Shown here: piece after piece, positions 11,595 through 24,031 of the stretch | Layout of the letters: every line of letters begins with the position of its first letter | How positions within the stretch are numbered: position 1 is the stretch's first letter | Source: Heteronotia binoei | Taxonomy: Eukaryota | Assembly (NCBI RefSeq): GCF_032191835.1 | Contig: NC_083243.1 | Coordinates: forward strand, 80,042,001 to 80,106,000 | Direction: 5' to 3' | DNA: 64,000 nucleotides | Made by a program: the position numbers and the translations under genes | The notes under the pieces: generated by a model | Seen by the model: only the letters and a program-made list of their open reading frames with translations | What the model was told of the DNA's origin: nothing | Database searches by the model: none

Positions 11595-12399
11595 CTGAAA
11601 AGACAATGTGAATCTCTGTGGCTGAGGACACAGCTAGAATTGCAAACATGCATTAACTGCCTGTGCCTACTTCCCTTCGGCTGTCCTGTCCCTTCCCCTC
11701 CCTGACATTCATATATTTGCCACAAAAGGATTCTGCTAGAAATCTTCATTCTAAACCAGAACTGTCTATTTGAGTACAAGATAATTCAAATTAGCAATGG
11801 ACATTTCTTGGAGTACACACCTCCTCAAATGTAGGCAGAGTCTACAGGGACATTCTCATGCACAAGCCCCTCCTTAATGAATGGAAGCTATACAAGAAGA
11901 CTATAGCAATATACTGTGTTGCTCTGCCTCAATGGTATTTGCATACAAGGTTGGTGCCTAGGAGTAAGCTCCTGAAGGCAGCTACACAAAAGACTACCTT
12001 GGCTGACTCCAGAGCCGGATTAAACCATGTGGAGACCCCTAGCCATTCAAAATCTTGGGGACCCCCTCACAAATTATCTACAAATATGTTTTTAATTTTA
12101 CCAACAATTTTAATGTCAACTTTATTACACAAAACAAGCATTAACAATTATTAATGTTATTAAACAAATTAACATAACAATTATCATTATTAAATAACAT
12201 TTTAAAAAAATTAAATTAAATATTATTAAACTAAATAATGAGATTATACAATAACAATTAAATAAAATATTAAACTAAATAAGAAGAATTATTAAACATA
12301 ATTTAATAATTATTTTGCCTCTTGTATTTTCCTGTCAAACAATGAGGAAAATCTTAGCTTTCTTCTGTGCCTGCCTGCAGATCTAGGAACTAGGCAATG

Positions 12400-13030
12400 A
12401 CCTTTCATTTCATTATCTCCTCCCCCCTGGCTAAGCCTTTGGAGAATATGACCACGTTCCTCTTTCCCCAGATTCATGATCTGAAACAGAACAGAAGTCC
12501 CCCCAATCCCTTGTGGGCCCTTGTATCTCCAGTTGATGCAGTCAAGGCCCTAAATAATTTCCTGGCTGCTTTGGCTAAATGGCTAAGAGTCAGGGGTGGC
12601 CAAACTGTGGCTCTTTCACACTTATTGTGTGGCTCCTGAAGCCCCTACCACCCTGGTGGCTGACTTGGAGAAGGCATTTCTCTCTTTAAATCACTTCCCC
12701 AAACCAAGTCAGTTGGTGGCTTGGAGAATGAATTTAAAGTTAAAGTTGCTTTCTTTCTACCTCTCCCTCCATCCTCCCATCTATTTTTCTCCCTCCCTCT
12801 TTTCCTGTCTTGTAGCTCTCAAACATCTGACGTTTATTCTATGTGGCTCTTACATAAAGCAAGTTTGGCCACCCCTGCTAAGAGTGAACAAATTGAAACT
12901 ATACCCTGGAAAGGCTGAAGTAATGCTGGCTGGGATGGTAGAGGTTGTGAGGGATATTATGCTCTCCACTTTCCATGGGGTTCGGCTGACTTAGAATCCT
13001 TGGGGTTATACCAGACCCAACATTATTGAT
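12400..13030 (+). mobile_element. L2 LINE RT fragment split by a MITE
   Basis: LAALAKWLRV|NKLKLYPGKAEVML...LGV reads through once 12591-12877 and one TSD copy are removed. This matches the L2 WLxxNxLKLNPxKTE motif. Confidence 0.7.
12591..12877. mobile_element. hAT MITE (287 bp)
   Basis: Perfect 15-bp TIR CAGGGGTGGCCAAAC and perfect 8-bp TSD CTAAGAGT. A related partial copy is at 22516-22766. Confidence 0.95.
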
Positions 13031-13169
13031 GAAATAAATTAAAGCAGCTTCAAAAAACACTCCCTATCAACTTAGCCTAACTTGTGAAATGGCCTCCTAC
13101 CCTGATACAGCTGATCAGGCTACACACACACACACACACACACACACAAACCCCACAGAAAACAGCTTG

Positions 13170-13240
13170 AAATTGGGAGTCCAGTGGCACTTTAAAGACT
13201 AACAAAATTTATTCCAGGAAAAACTTGGGTGAGTTAGATC
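13170..13240 (-). mobile_element. Penelope-like terminal fragment with a degenerate hammerhead region
   Basis: The reverse complement ...GGAATAAATTTTGTTAGTCTTTAAAGTGCCACTGGACTCC matches the recalled reptile Penelope terminus downstream of the hammerhead core. Confidence 0.55.
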
Positions 13241-13771
13241 TTGCTACAAGGCACAGGATCCCTCATGTGGTCTAGACCTTGGGCTGGTCACATGCTCTCA
13301 GTGTAACCTACCTCACAAGATTGTTGTGAGGAGAATGATGTACATCACTTTGGTTCCCTACTGGGCAGAAAGTTGGGATATATATGAAGTAAACTAATAA
13401 ATAAAATGATCTGCCCATCTTTCTGAGTTTCAGTAAGAACCATGCAGAATAGCCACCTGTTAGTTACACTTTACAGATGGAGAAACAGAGGCACGCAGAG
13501 GCAAGATTTCCTCAATGAAATCATGGCTGACTGGGCTATGAAGTCAGGCAGAACGTTGCTCCTACAACATCCAGTTGCTGACTGCCTGCCCACCAAGATG
13601 ACCTCAACCATCTCAGCTGGCTTCCTGGAAGGCTACAGACCATGGATGGATGCTCCCTGCAACTTGCCAGTGCCTCTGTCCCCCCCTCCCCATTTTAGCA
13701 GACCAAATAACTTCCAACCCAATTGTACAGGCATCCAAGATGATCATAGATTGCTCTCCTATCCTAAAGAG

Positions 13772-14063
13772 GAAAGGAAAGGTCCCCTGTGCAAGCACCA
13801 GTCGTTTCTGACTCTGGGATGACGTTGCTCTCACATTTTCATGGCAGACTTTTTACGGGGTGGTTTGCCATTGCCTTCCCCAGTCATCTAACACTTTCAC
13901 CCCAGCAAGCTGGGTGCTCATTTTACCACCCTCGGAAGGATGGAAGGCTGAGTCAACCTCGAGCTGTCTACCTGAAAACCCAGTTTCCATCGGGGATCCA
14001 ACTCAGGTTGTGAGCAGAGCTTAGAACTGCAGTACTGCAGCTTTAACATTCTGCGCCACGGGG
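13772..14063 (-). mobile_element. Sauria SINE (Squam1-type)
   Basis: AAAGGTCCCCTGTGCAAGCACCAGTC...CTGCGCCACGGGG matches the antisense Sauria SINE. CTAAAGAG appears on both sides (TSD-like). Confidence 0.9.
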
Positions 14064-14252
14064 CTAAAGAGATTACTCCGCAAATAAGAGTGCAGAGGAC
14101 TAAAGACCAAAGCTGCCTCCCCCATCATTCAGTGTCAGCTCTTTTATTCCCCATCTTTAGGAGCTGCATTTCTAATGGTGAGCAGTACAGCTTTCCTGGG
14201 CTCATGTGAAATAGTTCCTAATTGGATATAAGCTACAATAAATCATATTCAT

Positions 14253-14542
14253 AGAGCCAGTTTGGTGTTGTAGTTAAGTGCGCAGACTCTTATCTGGGAG
14301 AACTGGGTTTGATTCCCCACTCCTCCACTTGCACCTGCTGGATGGCCTTGGGTCAGCCATAGCTTTTGTAGGAGTTGTCCTTGAAAGGGCAGCTGCTGTA
14401 AGAGCTCTCTTAGCCCCACCTACGTCACAGGATGTCTGTTGTGGTGGGGAGGAAGGTAAAGGCGATTGTAAGCTGCTCTGAGACTCTGAGATTCAGAGTA
14501 TAGGGCGGGATATAAATCCAATATCTTTTTCTATCTTCTTCT
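14253..14542 (+). mobile_element. Squam3-type tRNA-derived SINE
   Basis: AGAGCCAGTTTGGTGTTGTAGTTAAG head, GGGTTTGATTCCCC B-box, GTTGTCCTTGAAAGGG insert and TTC-type tail. Confidence 0.9.
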
Positions 14543-17430
14543 ATAATGTCTGAAATGTAAATAACTCTGCAGCACAGGGGAAGGGGAGGGAGCAGGATTC
14601 ATTTGCAGGTCTGCTCTCCAAAACTCAGCTGCAAAAGAGCAATGGGGGGGGGGGGGGAAGCAAGTTTAAAGTGCTCAGAACACAGCTGATGGGCAAAAGC
14701 CCCATCAGAATGGGGCAGGGGGAGGGGAGGGAGCCAGCCCTCCTACATCTCAGCTCCAACTGCCCACTAGTTTGGCTCAGATATCAACAAGCCGTGAGAG
14801 ACTTGGTCCCAATTTATAACAGAGGCTTGAAAAGAAAAAGGTCTAAAGCCCCCTCGCCAGTTCAAAGGGGGGAGGCAGTTCTTTAGTGGCAACTTGGCAA
14901 GGGGCAAATCTTCCTTCCCCTCTGGGTGGGTTTTCTCTCTTTTTTTTGCACCACTGGAAAGCATGTTCTTCTGAAGAGGCAGCACTCAGTCTGCTCACCA
15001 GGGAGAAACCCTACAAAGTCAATGGTATGTTACTCTCAGGTAAATGCCCACATCCCATTGGAAACTTCAGCATCATTTCTTAAAGAAAAATCAGACACTT
15101 GATGTGAACAAAGTGCACATCTTCCAGCCTCTGTGCCGACACTGACCCAATTCCTGCCAAGCTGGTCCCTCTTCTCTCTCCCTGCAAGAATCAGACTCCA
15201 GATCCCACCCCCCCTTAAAGCAAAGATAATTCCTACTCACTAGCATCCAGAAGCCAGTTTTGGTAAGAATTCCCTGTACTTTCAGCATCCTGACCTGGAG
15301 GTGGGGAGGCGAGTTCTTTCCTTATAAGCCCCTTCCACCAATCACCCTCTCAAGCCTCCTCCCCCCTGTCCTCTGCACTCCACCACCACCCCCCCAAAAA
15401 AGCCTCCAGCTCCGGGTTTGTAACTAATAAACTCCCCCTCCCCCTGAGGAAAAGCATCTTTCCAAACCCAAGAAATCCGAGGCAAGGTGGTCTGGGGGAA
15501 AGAAAGGGAGCCCCAATTGGCAGCCAGCTGGCAGGTGCATCATCGTAGGCATACACACACACACACACACAGGGACACTGGGGTGGGGTGGGGGGAGAGC
15601 AGAGCTTCCATGTGCCGCTGCTTCCCCTCCCCTGGCCCATGACCAGCCTAAGCAGCTGTTCCCTGACTCCCTCCTGACTCCCAGCCTCCGGCTGCACCAT
15701 CGTGCCCCAGGTTTCATGCTTAGTGGCTGCTATGCACTTGGTCAGGGGCAGGAGGCTCTTGTCCTGTTAGGAGGACTGCACAGAGGGCATGAGTGTCATT
15801 GCTTTGCCTTGTGCCTTCTCTTGTTTGTGGTGTGTGCAGCAGCTGCTCCGCCTCCACACCTCACGAGACCAGCCAGGAGGTTTTTTTCTGCGGCTGCGCA
15901 GCCCGAGTCAGGCCCCGGGCTGAGTGAGAGGAGGGCCAAGCTGGTGTAATGTCCTGGGGATAGGCTCTCATTGCATCTGGGGGTGGAGCCCCTAACTATG
16001 ATTACAAACTGTGTTGCCTTGCTTTGCCTTCTCTTGCATCGCCACCAGCAGCCTGGGGAGTGGGGAGGGGATAGATTTGTGTAACTCACATGGGGCTCTC
16101 CAAGTGGGGCAGACCCATAGGCAATCACCTCCTTTGCCTAATTGTTAATCCGGCTCAGGCTGACTCCATTTCCCAGCACTGTGGGTTGAGCTTGGAGTGC
16201 CAGCAATTGGAATGACCTGCTCTCTACCGAGTGCCTGTGAATGGCAGTGGAGCTCCTCCCCTCTCTCTCCTCCCCATCACCCCAGCCTCCCTGGCTAGAT
16301 TTAATCCAGCTCAGGCTCTTCCAGCCTCCTGGAACTGCCTGCAAATTCCCCAGCCTGGTGAGCCACCTCAGAACCACCCTGGCTGGCTCAACACATGTTT
16401 TAGAGCCCCAGCACCAGCTCAGGAGCCCCACAGAAGCCGCTTGCTCTCTCCCCAGTGGTTTTGCCTGGCTCGCCCTGCTCACACCTTTTCTTTGGTGGAG
16501 AAGAGCACATCCTTTGGGAGGACTCTTTATGGCTGCAACAGCTTTGCAGAATATTCTCTTCCCCTCCCCGTCCCTCCCTCCAGGCCAGATGCTGCAGCAG
16601 CTCCAGCTCATCCCCTCTCCTTCCAGTCCCAACCAGCTCTGGGCCTTCCTCCTCCTCTGCAATTGCAGTACCACCTCCCCACCCAGACTTCTAGCTGCCC
16701 ATGGGTGCCCAGGAGGGGAGACTGCCATGGCAGACGGTGCACCCCAGCCATCCCAGGGCCACATTCCTGGGAGTAAACCCTGTGGTGTGGAGATTTCAGG
16801 AGAATTCCAAGCAGACTGCTCTTTTCTTCTCTGAGTATCCCTTGGGGGCTTCTGTGACCTCACCCTGAGCACCAGCACCAGGGACATGAAACATCGAGAC
16901 CCTCCCTGACCGACATTCTATGACCACACTCTGCACCTTCTTGGAAACATTTTTTTAAACACACACACAGAGATACACACACAAAAACACCATAAACCCA
17001 TGCACTTTTCCTGGGCCCCTGAAGCCTGGGGGGACTTGGGTGCAGCAGGGCAGGTGGGGGTGAGGGGGTGGCAGGGCCATGGCCTGGATTTGCCCGCGGG
17101 TGGGGGCAGAGGAAGGGCATGGGCAGTGGGGAAGTCAGGGGTGGGGGGCCTTGGCTACAGCACAAAAAACCCTGGTACAGCCTTGTTTGCATAGGAGAAA
17201 GTGCTTGTACGTTATACCAAAACTGAGAAAGAAACTGCATTAGGGTCAAAAGTTCACTCTTGGCATCCATTGCCAAAGTGCTTTCTCTATGTGCTATAGT
17301 GCATTTTCAAGAACATCAAACTGAAACTACATATAAAGTAGAATTTTTGCATGTGCTTTCATTTCTCCCTTTTCAAGATCCCTACGATGGAATTATACTC
17401 TTGCTTTCTGGATAGCAAGCTAATATTTAC

Positions 17431-17509
17431 ATTTGCCTTTGTAAAATCGCTTCTGCTCATGAAAGGTGGATTTCACAATACCATTTGCATGCAACCTCCA
17501 AAAATATTT
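17431..17509 (-). CDS. Candidate coding exon (KYFWRLHANGIVKSTFHEQKRFYKGK)
   Basis: Acceptor ttttcctcctggctacag|, donor AAT|gtaaat, 79 nt, phase 0 to 1, compatible with 11548-11594. Confidence 0.45.
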
Positions 17510-17747
17510 CTGTAGCCAGGAGGAAAATGGTCATTTGAGTACACAGAGGAGACTTGGGCAAAGCATGTCAGTATGATTCAAAGTATACTTTGCCAGGAGG
17601 AAATTCTCCAGTGCTCATTTCCTTGCCTTTTGCTCTGAAGGAGGTCAATAAAGCTCTAATTAATGGCTCTGGGAGCAGAAGGGATCTACTGCCGTTCCTA
17701 CTAGACTAGAGGCTAAAATGCCAACCCAGCACTGGCATTAAACAAAC

Positions 17748-17813
17748 CTTGGCAAGCTGCCTACAACAATGACTGGCTCTGAAATGTCCAGAAGAAACCT
17801 GAAATCTCTTGTT
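17748..17813 (-). CDS. Candidate exon, reading frame ambiguous
   Basis: Acceptor tttccatag|, donor AAG|gtttgt, 66 nt. Two frames are open (NKRFQVSSGHFRASHCCRQLAK or TRDFRFLLDISEPVIVVGSLPR). Confidence 0.3.
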
Positions 17814-17929
17814 CTATGGAAATATAAGCAGGTTTTCATTATCCAAACCAAATAATGTTATATTGTTCTGGGGTAGCATATGAATATTGGGTTGAAAAGA
17901 CTTATCTTGATTTTATAATGAATGATACT

Positions 17930-18066
17930 ACATGCACAAGATCCCACATAGGTTCAATCCCTCAACTCCTTGACCTGAGACTATGGAGAACCAAAGCCAG
18001 TTACAGTAGACAATACTGACTTCGACAGATCGATGGTTTGATCGGTGTGAGGCAGTTTCATATGTT
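17930..18066 (+). mobile_element. Squam2-type SINE fragment (decayed)
   Basis: GGTTCAATCCC B-box, GTAGACAATACTGACTT core and GCAGTTTCATATGTTCA tail. Similar to 59870-60022. Confidence 0.6.
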
Positions 18067-19544
18067 CAAAGTAATTACTATACTTTTGAAGAAATGTTTT
18101 CCCTGTTCCACAGGCAAAGTGATATCCAAGAATCTCTTCCACGATCCTCTTGCAATTATAAATGAACAGTATTTTGAGCAATTTTGCACCTGTATACAGG
18201 GGTACAGTTCAAACTGGCAACTGGATAGGTAACTTCTAAATGCTCAGAATTTGCTTGGATTACAAGCCCAAAGACCCTGTGCTACTAGGCCATAATGGGC
18301 CAGTCACATGTAATTTAAAATCCATTATATTTGAGCATACATGCTGCTTTTGTGCAAGCAGAGTCGGTGGTGTTTATCAAGTGCCATTCATCATGTTAAC
18401 ACATAGTCAGAATTTACAGGATCCAGTTGTGGTTCTTAGGCAGCAGTGCAAGCATCTGAATAGGAATATGTTCAACACTGGCAAAAGAAAGAAGACTGGA
18501 GAAAATCCAAGCAGTAAATTTTTGAATACTCTTGTGAAAAAACATAGAGGGTTGGATCCAGCCACTGTTTGTGCGGGTGAAAAATCTGGGAAGTGAAGGA
18601 CTTTGTGCTGTCTTTTACCTAGCCAGAGAAGTAGATAGGTCAGGACTCATATATCCCTCCTTTCTAATGCTTTGGTACTGTCCATTTGATGTGTTAACTG
18701 CTACTCTTAGGGAATATTCCACCCTTCCAGCTAACATCTTGTCACTCTCCATCTTGCAACTGTGGGAGCAAGATATGTTTTCCTGCATCTCCATCCGTCC
18801 CAGTTTAGCTAGTTAAATGCGAATACTATCTTTACCAAGATAAAAGGCTCCATAGTGAACTTTATTTCCTCAGCAAAAAACAACATAAATGCCACTGAGC
18901 CATATTCACTCTGCAGTTCTAATAAAAAAGGGAAGCACACATCCTCTTTAGCCACCTGAAAAGTCTATGCTGAAAACCATGGGGAATGCAGGCACAAAAG
19001 CCATGTGTGGTGGGGACTGCAGTATGAAATTAGGTAAGACTGAGTGACCAAGCTGATTGGATCCAACCCAGAGTCAGGCAGGTATGCAATTTATGGCTCC
19101 TGTCCCTAGCCCTTCTGGATTGAAGTACCACCTTTTTAACCAAAGAAGAGGGATGGCAAAACTAACTTTTCAGATTCTGAAGGATAATTGCAATCAAATT
19201 ACAATCCAAACAGAGCCATGATGGAGCTTCACTGGTGATATTGCTAATATCTATAGCATGAAACGCTTCATTTGCTGATTCCAGAACACCAAGTACTTTT
19301 TGAAAGCATGTGAGAAACTTTCTTGGCCACTTAGCAGTTTATTCCCCCATTTCCCCTCAATTTTTTGATGAGAGAAGCTATACCTTAAAAATAAAATCTT
19401 GACTTTAGCTGCTGCACCAGAGAGCTGTAGATGCCTCAAAGCATTCTTGCCTTGTCCTGAATTTTGAAACATTAAGCAGGAAGAAGCATCAATGAAATGG
19501 GGACAACTAAGTACTATCCTGTCGCACTAATTCTCCACTTGTAA

Positions 19545-19746
19545 CTGCTGGAATCGTCTTGGGTTAGCCGTAGCTCTGGCAGAGGTTGTCCTTGAAAGGG
19601 CAGCTGCTGTGAGAGCCCTCTCAGCCCCACCCACCTCACAAGGTGTCTGTTGTGGGGGGAGAAGATAAAGGAGATTGTTAGCCACTGAGTCTCTGATTCA
19701 GAGAGAAGGGTGGGGTAGAAATCTGCAATTCTTCTTCTTCTTCTTC
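19545..19746 (+). mobile_element. Squam3-type SINE (5'-truncated)
   Basis: Same body as 14253-14542, with a (TTC)n tail. Confidence 0.85.
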
Positions 19747-20027
19747 TAAGGACTCATCATGCATAGCTGCACACTGAGGATATTTGTGCCTGCTGCACTT
19801 TGAGGACTTTCTTTATTATCTATATTTGATGTATATATTACTGGATTGATTTCATTTTAAGTGATTTTGGACTTTGTTCATGAAATTGGTTTTTGTTTCA
19901 TCTACTGGATTCCCAGTTTGAAATATGGTTTGGGAATATATGTGAGTTGCATTTGTAATTTAAATTTATTTATATTCAAACTTATGATCATGTTTAATTT
20001 TGTATGTTTGAGGATTAGAGGCTGGTG

Positions 20028-20512
20028 AAGGGTTGCCTAATCCAATTCAAGAAACATCTGGGGACTTTGGGGGAGGAGCCAGGAGACATTGAGGGTGGAG
20101 CCATAAGCAAAGTTGTGACCAGCACAATTGAACTCCAAAGGGAGTTCTGGCCATCACATTTAAAGGAACCACACACCTTTTAAATGCCTTCCCTAAATTA
20201 GAACTAATGAAGGATAGGGCACCTTCTTTGGCAGCTCATGGAACTGAACCCCCTGGTCCAATCTTTTTGAAACGTGGAGATCATTTTGAGAAGAATCATC
20301 AAATGCTATGCTGAAAATGTGGTGCTTCTATCTCAAAACACAGCCCTTCCAGAGCCCCAAATACCCCTAGATCAATTCTCCATTATATCCTATGGAAATT
20401 GATCTCCACAGGGAATAATGAAGTGCCCAGCAGACATTTCGTCCCTGTCACATGTTTCTGATGACTCTGAAGCAGGGGAGGACCTGCTTCCACCTGCGGA
20501 TTGGCATCTCTA
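20028..20512. mobile_element. hAT-type MITE (TAGGGTTGCC family)
   Basis: AGGGTTGCC...TGGCATCTCTA ends. The body is shared with 21225-21682, 22032-22515 and 24810-25150. Confidence 0.75.
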
Positions 20513-21224
20513 CTCATGAGTTGCTGAACTTCCAATTTCTTCAAATTAACACAGAGCAACCAAAGGTTCAAGTTTACCTTTCCTATGCAAACGACCTCTG
20601 AAAAGATTGTGCAACCAACAGAGGGTCTGGACTGCTTTCACGGCCACTGGGAGCAGCCATATTGTTCTGCCTGCTCCGCCCATGCCCATTCAGCCTTAAA
20701 CATATAGACACACCATCCCAAGAGGAAGCCTTTCCAAGTGGAGTCTGAAGCCTCCAGTGGTGGAAAGTCACATGGTGGTTGTGGGGGTGGGGCTTCCCCC
20801 CACCGGCCAGCTGACTGGGAGTGAGAAGGAGTCTGAGAAAGCAGGAGAACTCCTGCTGGGACCTGGGGATTGGCAAGCCTAGGCTGGTGTATTACGGAAC
20901 CTGCAGTTCTCCAACCCTCTACTTTTCCCATGATTTCTCTTGGGTTGCTAATACCCAGTTAAGAAGTAACAATCAATGTGGTACTGTCTACGTCTCTCAA
21001 TATAAGGACTTTTCTCAGACAGTGAACTACAGTATCAGCTTACAAAATTAATTGAAAAGACTGCCATTTTGATTTATTCATGAATGATGAAAACAGTTTT
21101 GGTTTGTGAAGAAAATACATTTCTGATATATATAAAAGAAATTTGTTAAGCATATGTTTGCAACATATAATTTCACAGTGTTTTTTCCAAGTTGTTACTA
21201 ATCATTTACAGTGGTTTCCGTTTT

Positions 21225-21682
21225 GCCTAATACCCAGTTGGGAGCAAGGGATCCCCTGGTTTGGAGGGCCTTCCCCACTTCAGGGTCATCAGAACTTAGG
21301 GGGGGATGTCTGCTGGGTCCTCCATTATACCCTATGGAGACTGATTCTCATAGTGTATAATGGAAAATTGATCTGTGGCTATCTGGGGCTCTGTTATTTG
21401 AGGTAGAGGTACCAAATTTTCTACATAGCATTTGGCATCTCTTCTCAAAACACCTCCAAGTTTCAAAAAGATTGGACCAGGGGATCCAATTCTATGAGCC
21501 CCAAAAGAAGGTGCCCCTATCCATTATTTCTAAATGAAAGGAAGGCATTTATAAGTTGTGCAGTCCCTCTAAATGTGATTGCCAGAACTCCCTTCAGAGT
21601 TCAATCGTGCTTATCACACCCTTGCTCCTGACTCCACCTCCAAAGTCCCCAGATATTTCTTGAGTCAGACCTAGCAACTCTA
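21225..21682. mobile_element. hAT-type MITE, opposite orientation to 20028-20512
   Basis: Reverse-complement similarity to 20028-20512. Ends in TAGCAACTCTA. Confidence 0.7.
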
Positions 21683-22031
21683 TCTCTAGACTTGTGCCCT
21701 TTATTTGTTTCCAGTTTCAAACTCTAAACTCTATATTAGGTTGATCTGCTGGATATCAATGTTCCTGCAATTCCCCTTTTAGAGGAAGTAATAACCATGC
21801 TCAAGATAATAGGTTGTTTATTTCTTATCTAGTTATAAAAAGTGTAGCCCTGTTTTCCATCCAAGTACACTGAAAAACAATATTAATTTCATTTGGGTGC
21901 ATCTCTTGTGTTGTTGATGATAATAACGCTGAGAAAGGAGCATACTCTAGACTGTGTACAGCCAGCCACTTAAAACCTCCTTTGACTGAGATTTTATTTG
22001 GATGAGCCGAGTCTTGTTTACTACTGAGTGA

Positions 22032-22515
22032 TAGGGTTGCCAAGTCCAATTCAAGAAATATCTGGGGTCTTTGGGGGTGGAGCCAGGAGACATTAGGGGT
22101 GGAGCCAAGATCAAGGCTGTGACAAGCATAATTGAACTCCAAAGGGAGTTCTGGCCATCACATGTAAAGGGACGGCACACCTTTTCAATGCCTTCCTTCC
22201 ATAGGCACATTCTTTTGAAACTCATAGAATTGGACCCCCTGGTCCAATCTTTTTGAAACTTGGAGGGTATTTTGGGGAGAGGCGCTAGATGCTATACTGA
22301 AAATTTGGTGCCTCTATCCCAAAATACAGCCCCCCCAGAGCCCCAGATACTCGCGGATCAATTCTCCATGATTTTCTATGGGAATAAATCTCCATAGAGA
22401 ATAATAGAGTTCCCAGAAGACATTTCCCTCCCCCCGCTTTCTGACGACCCTGAAGCAGGGGGAGGGCCTCCAAACTGGGGGATCTCCTGCCCCCACCTGG
22501 GGATTGGCAACCCTA
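22032..22515. mobile_element. hAT-type MITE (TAGGGTTGCCA/TGGCAACCCTA)
   Basis: Perfect 11-bp TIR and the same body as 20028-20512. Confidence 0.85.
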
Positions 22516-22839
22516 GAGCCACATGTGGCTCTTTTACACATATTTTGTGGCTCTTGAAGCTCTCACTGCACTGACAGCTGACTTGGAGAATGCATTTAAA
22601 GTTAAAGCTGCTTTCTTTCCACCTCTCTCTTCCTTTCCCATCTGTTTTTCTTCCTCCCTCCCTCATCTTGTAACTCTTGAACATCTGACGTTCATGTCTT
22701 GTGGCTCTCAGACATCTGACATTTATTCTATGTGGCTCTTAAGTTCATCAAGTTTGGCCACCCCTGGGCTAGCTCTTGTCGATTTTGACCATTTGGGTGC
22801 TCGGTCCAGACAACTTTAAAGGGCCGCCATAGCTCCAGA

Positions 22840-23720
22840 GCTGCAACTGGCATGGCAGACAATTAAAAAGCAGCCCAATCTATGGCGGGAGAATTGGCAA
22901 CCTTCTGCAACTCCCAGTTTCACGTTCCTCGAGTCTTCCTTCCTCCCGGGCCTGGCTGCTGTTGGAAATATCTGGATGCCTCGGTTGCAGTTTGTGCAAA
23001 AGGCCGGGGGGAGCCTCATTTCTCCCTCCCCGCCTAGCAAAGCATGCAAGTTCTTTTTGCAAAACCGCAACCTCCGCCGGGCCTCTTTTTCCGTTTCTAT
23101 TCGCCGCCGGGCCCTTCACACGGACGGCCTCCTGCGCAATCCTCACTAAGAGTTTAAACCTCAAGCCTAGCAGACGCCCCCCCCGGCCCAGACCCTGCAG
23201 CCAGCCCCGAGCGCAGCGCCTCCTCTGAGCACGTGCAGACGGTCGCCGCCTCCTCCCTGTGCTGTGTCGCCGGCTCTTCCCCTGGAAGCCTGAGGGGGCG
23301 TGCCCCAGCACTCCTTGCCGAGGATGGGAACACCTTTTCCCGGGCCCCCACCAGCCCAGCCCCGAGTGAGAAAGACACTCTGCACATCACGTAGCACAGC
23401 CGGTAGTACCACAGTGTGTTGGCGGCGGCCCTGCGGCAGGGGGAGGGGGTGGCCCGGTCAGCCGTGGCCGAAGGGGGCTCGGAGCCCAGCCTAGCCCAGA
23501 CGCCCCCTCCTCCCTGCGGGAGCTGCTGAAGGGGGGGAGCAAGGCCAAAAGCGGCCAGAGGGCGGCCAGCCCGGGACAATCGCCGTGGTCCCGCCGACCC
23601 TGCCACTCACCGGGCCACGCTCCTTGGCGCCGTTTCCCCCCTCCCCCCGCTTCCATTTTTGGGGGGAGCGGGGGAAGAGGCTGGAAATCCTGGGGTCCCC
23701 GGCCAGGGCGGGAGGGTTGG
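22840..23720. promoter_or_regulatory. CpG island, probable promoter/first-exon region
   Basis: High GC with dense CpG and no repeat hallmarks. Minus-strand donor CCG|gtgagt at about 23611 and acceptor ctgccgcag| at about 23430. Plus-strand gaggATGG...CGA|gtgaga at about 23325-23372. Confidence 0.7.
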
Positions 23721-24031
23721 GAAGCCTACTGAGTGATAGTACATTTTAAGAGGGCTCTGAGGCCTAGTGGTGCCTGATACCAGGAATAAGCATACTGGAG
23801 ACTTCCACTAGCCTTGCCTTCTGACCTGAGCTACCATTACAAACTCACAAGCATTACTGTTCTGTACTTACTGCTTCTTAGCTCATTGTCCCATTTTCTC
23901 TCTGTAGCCTTTCTCTTTTCTGTATTTCTGGTGCAGCAAAACCTCCTCCTTCTCCAGCTATCCACAGTTTAGTTATCCCAAACCAGCTGAAATCCACATC
24001 AGGGTAAATTTAAACCAGCTCCAAACAAAGC

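Noticed and set aside
12080-12320. Extremely AT-rich tract
   Set aside because: Low-complexity sequence with no regular period or structure.
14253-14330. tRNA gene calls at Squam-type SINE heads (also 24531 and 59568)
   Set aside because: A/B boxes are present but there is no complete cloverleaf, and each continues into a SINE body and tail.
16138-16887. 249-, 197- and 181-aa ORFs as single-exon genes
   Set aside because: Mutually overlapping, Pro/Ser/Gly-rich and without a domain, as expected by chance at this GC content.
21085-21130. C/D-box snoRNA (ATGATGA...CTGA)
   Set aside because: The boxes are only about 40 nt apart, with no terminal stem.
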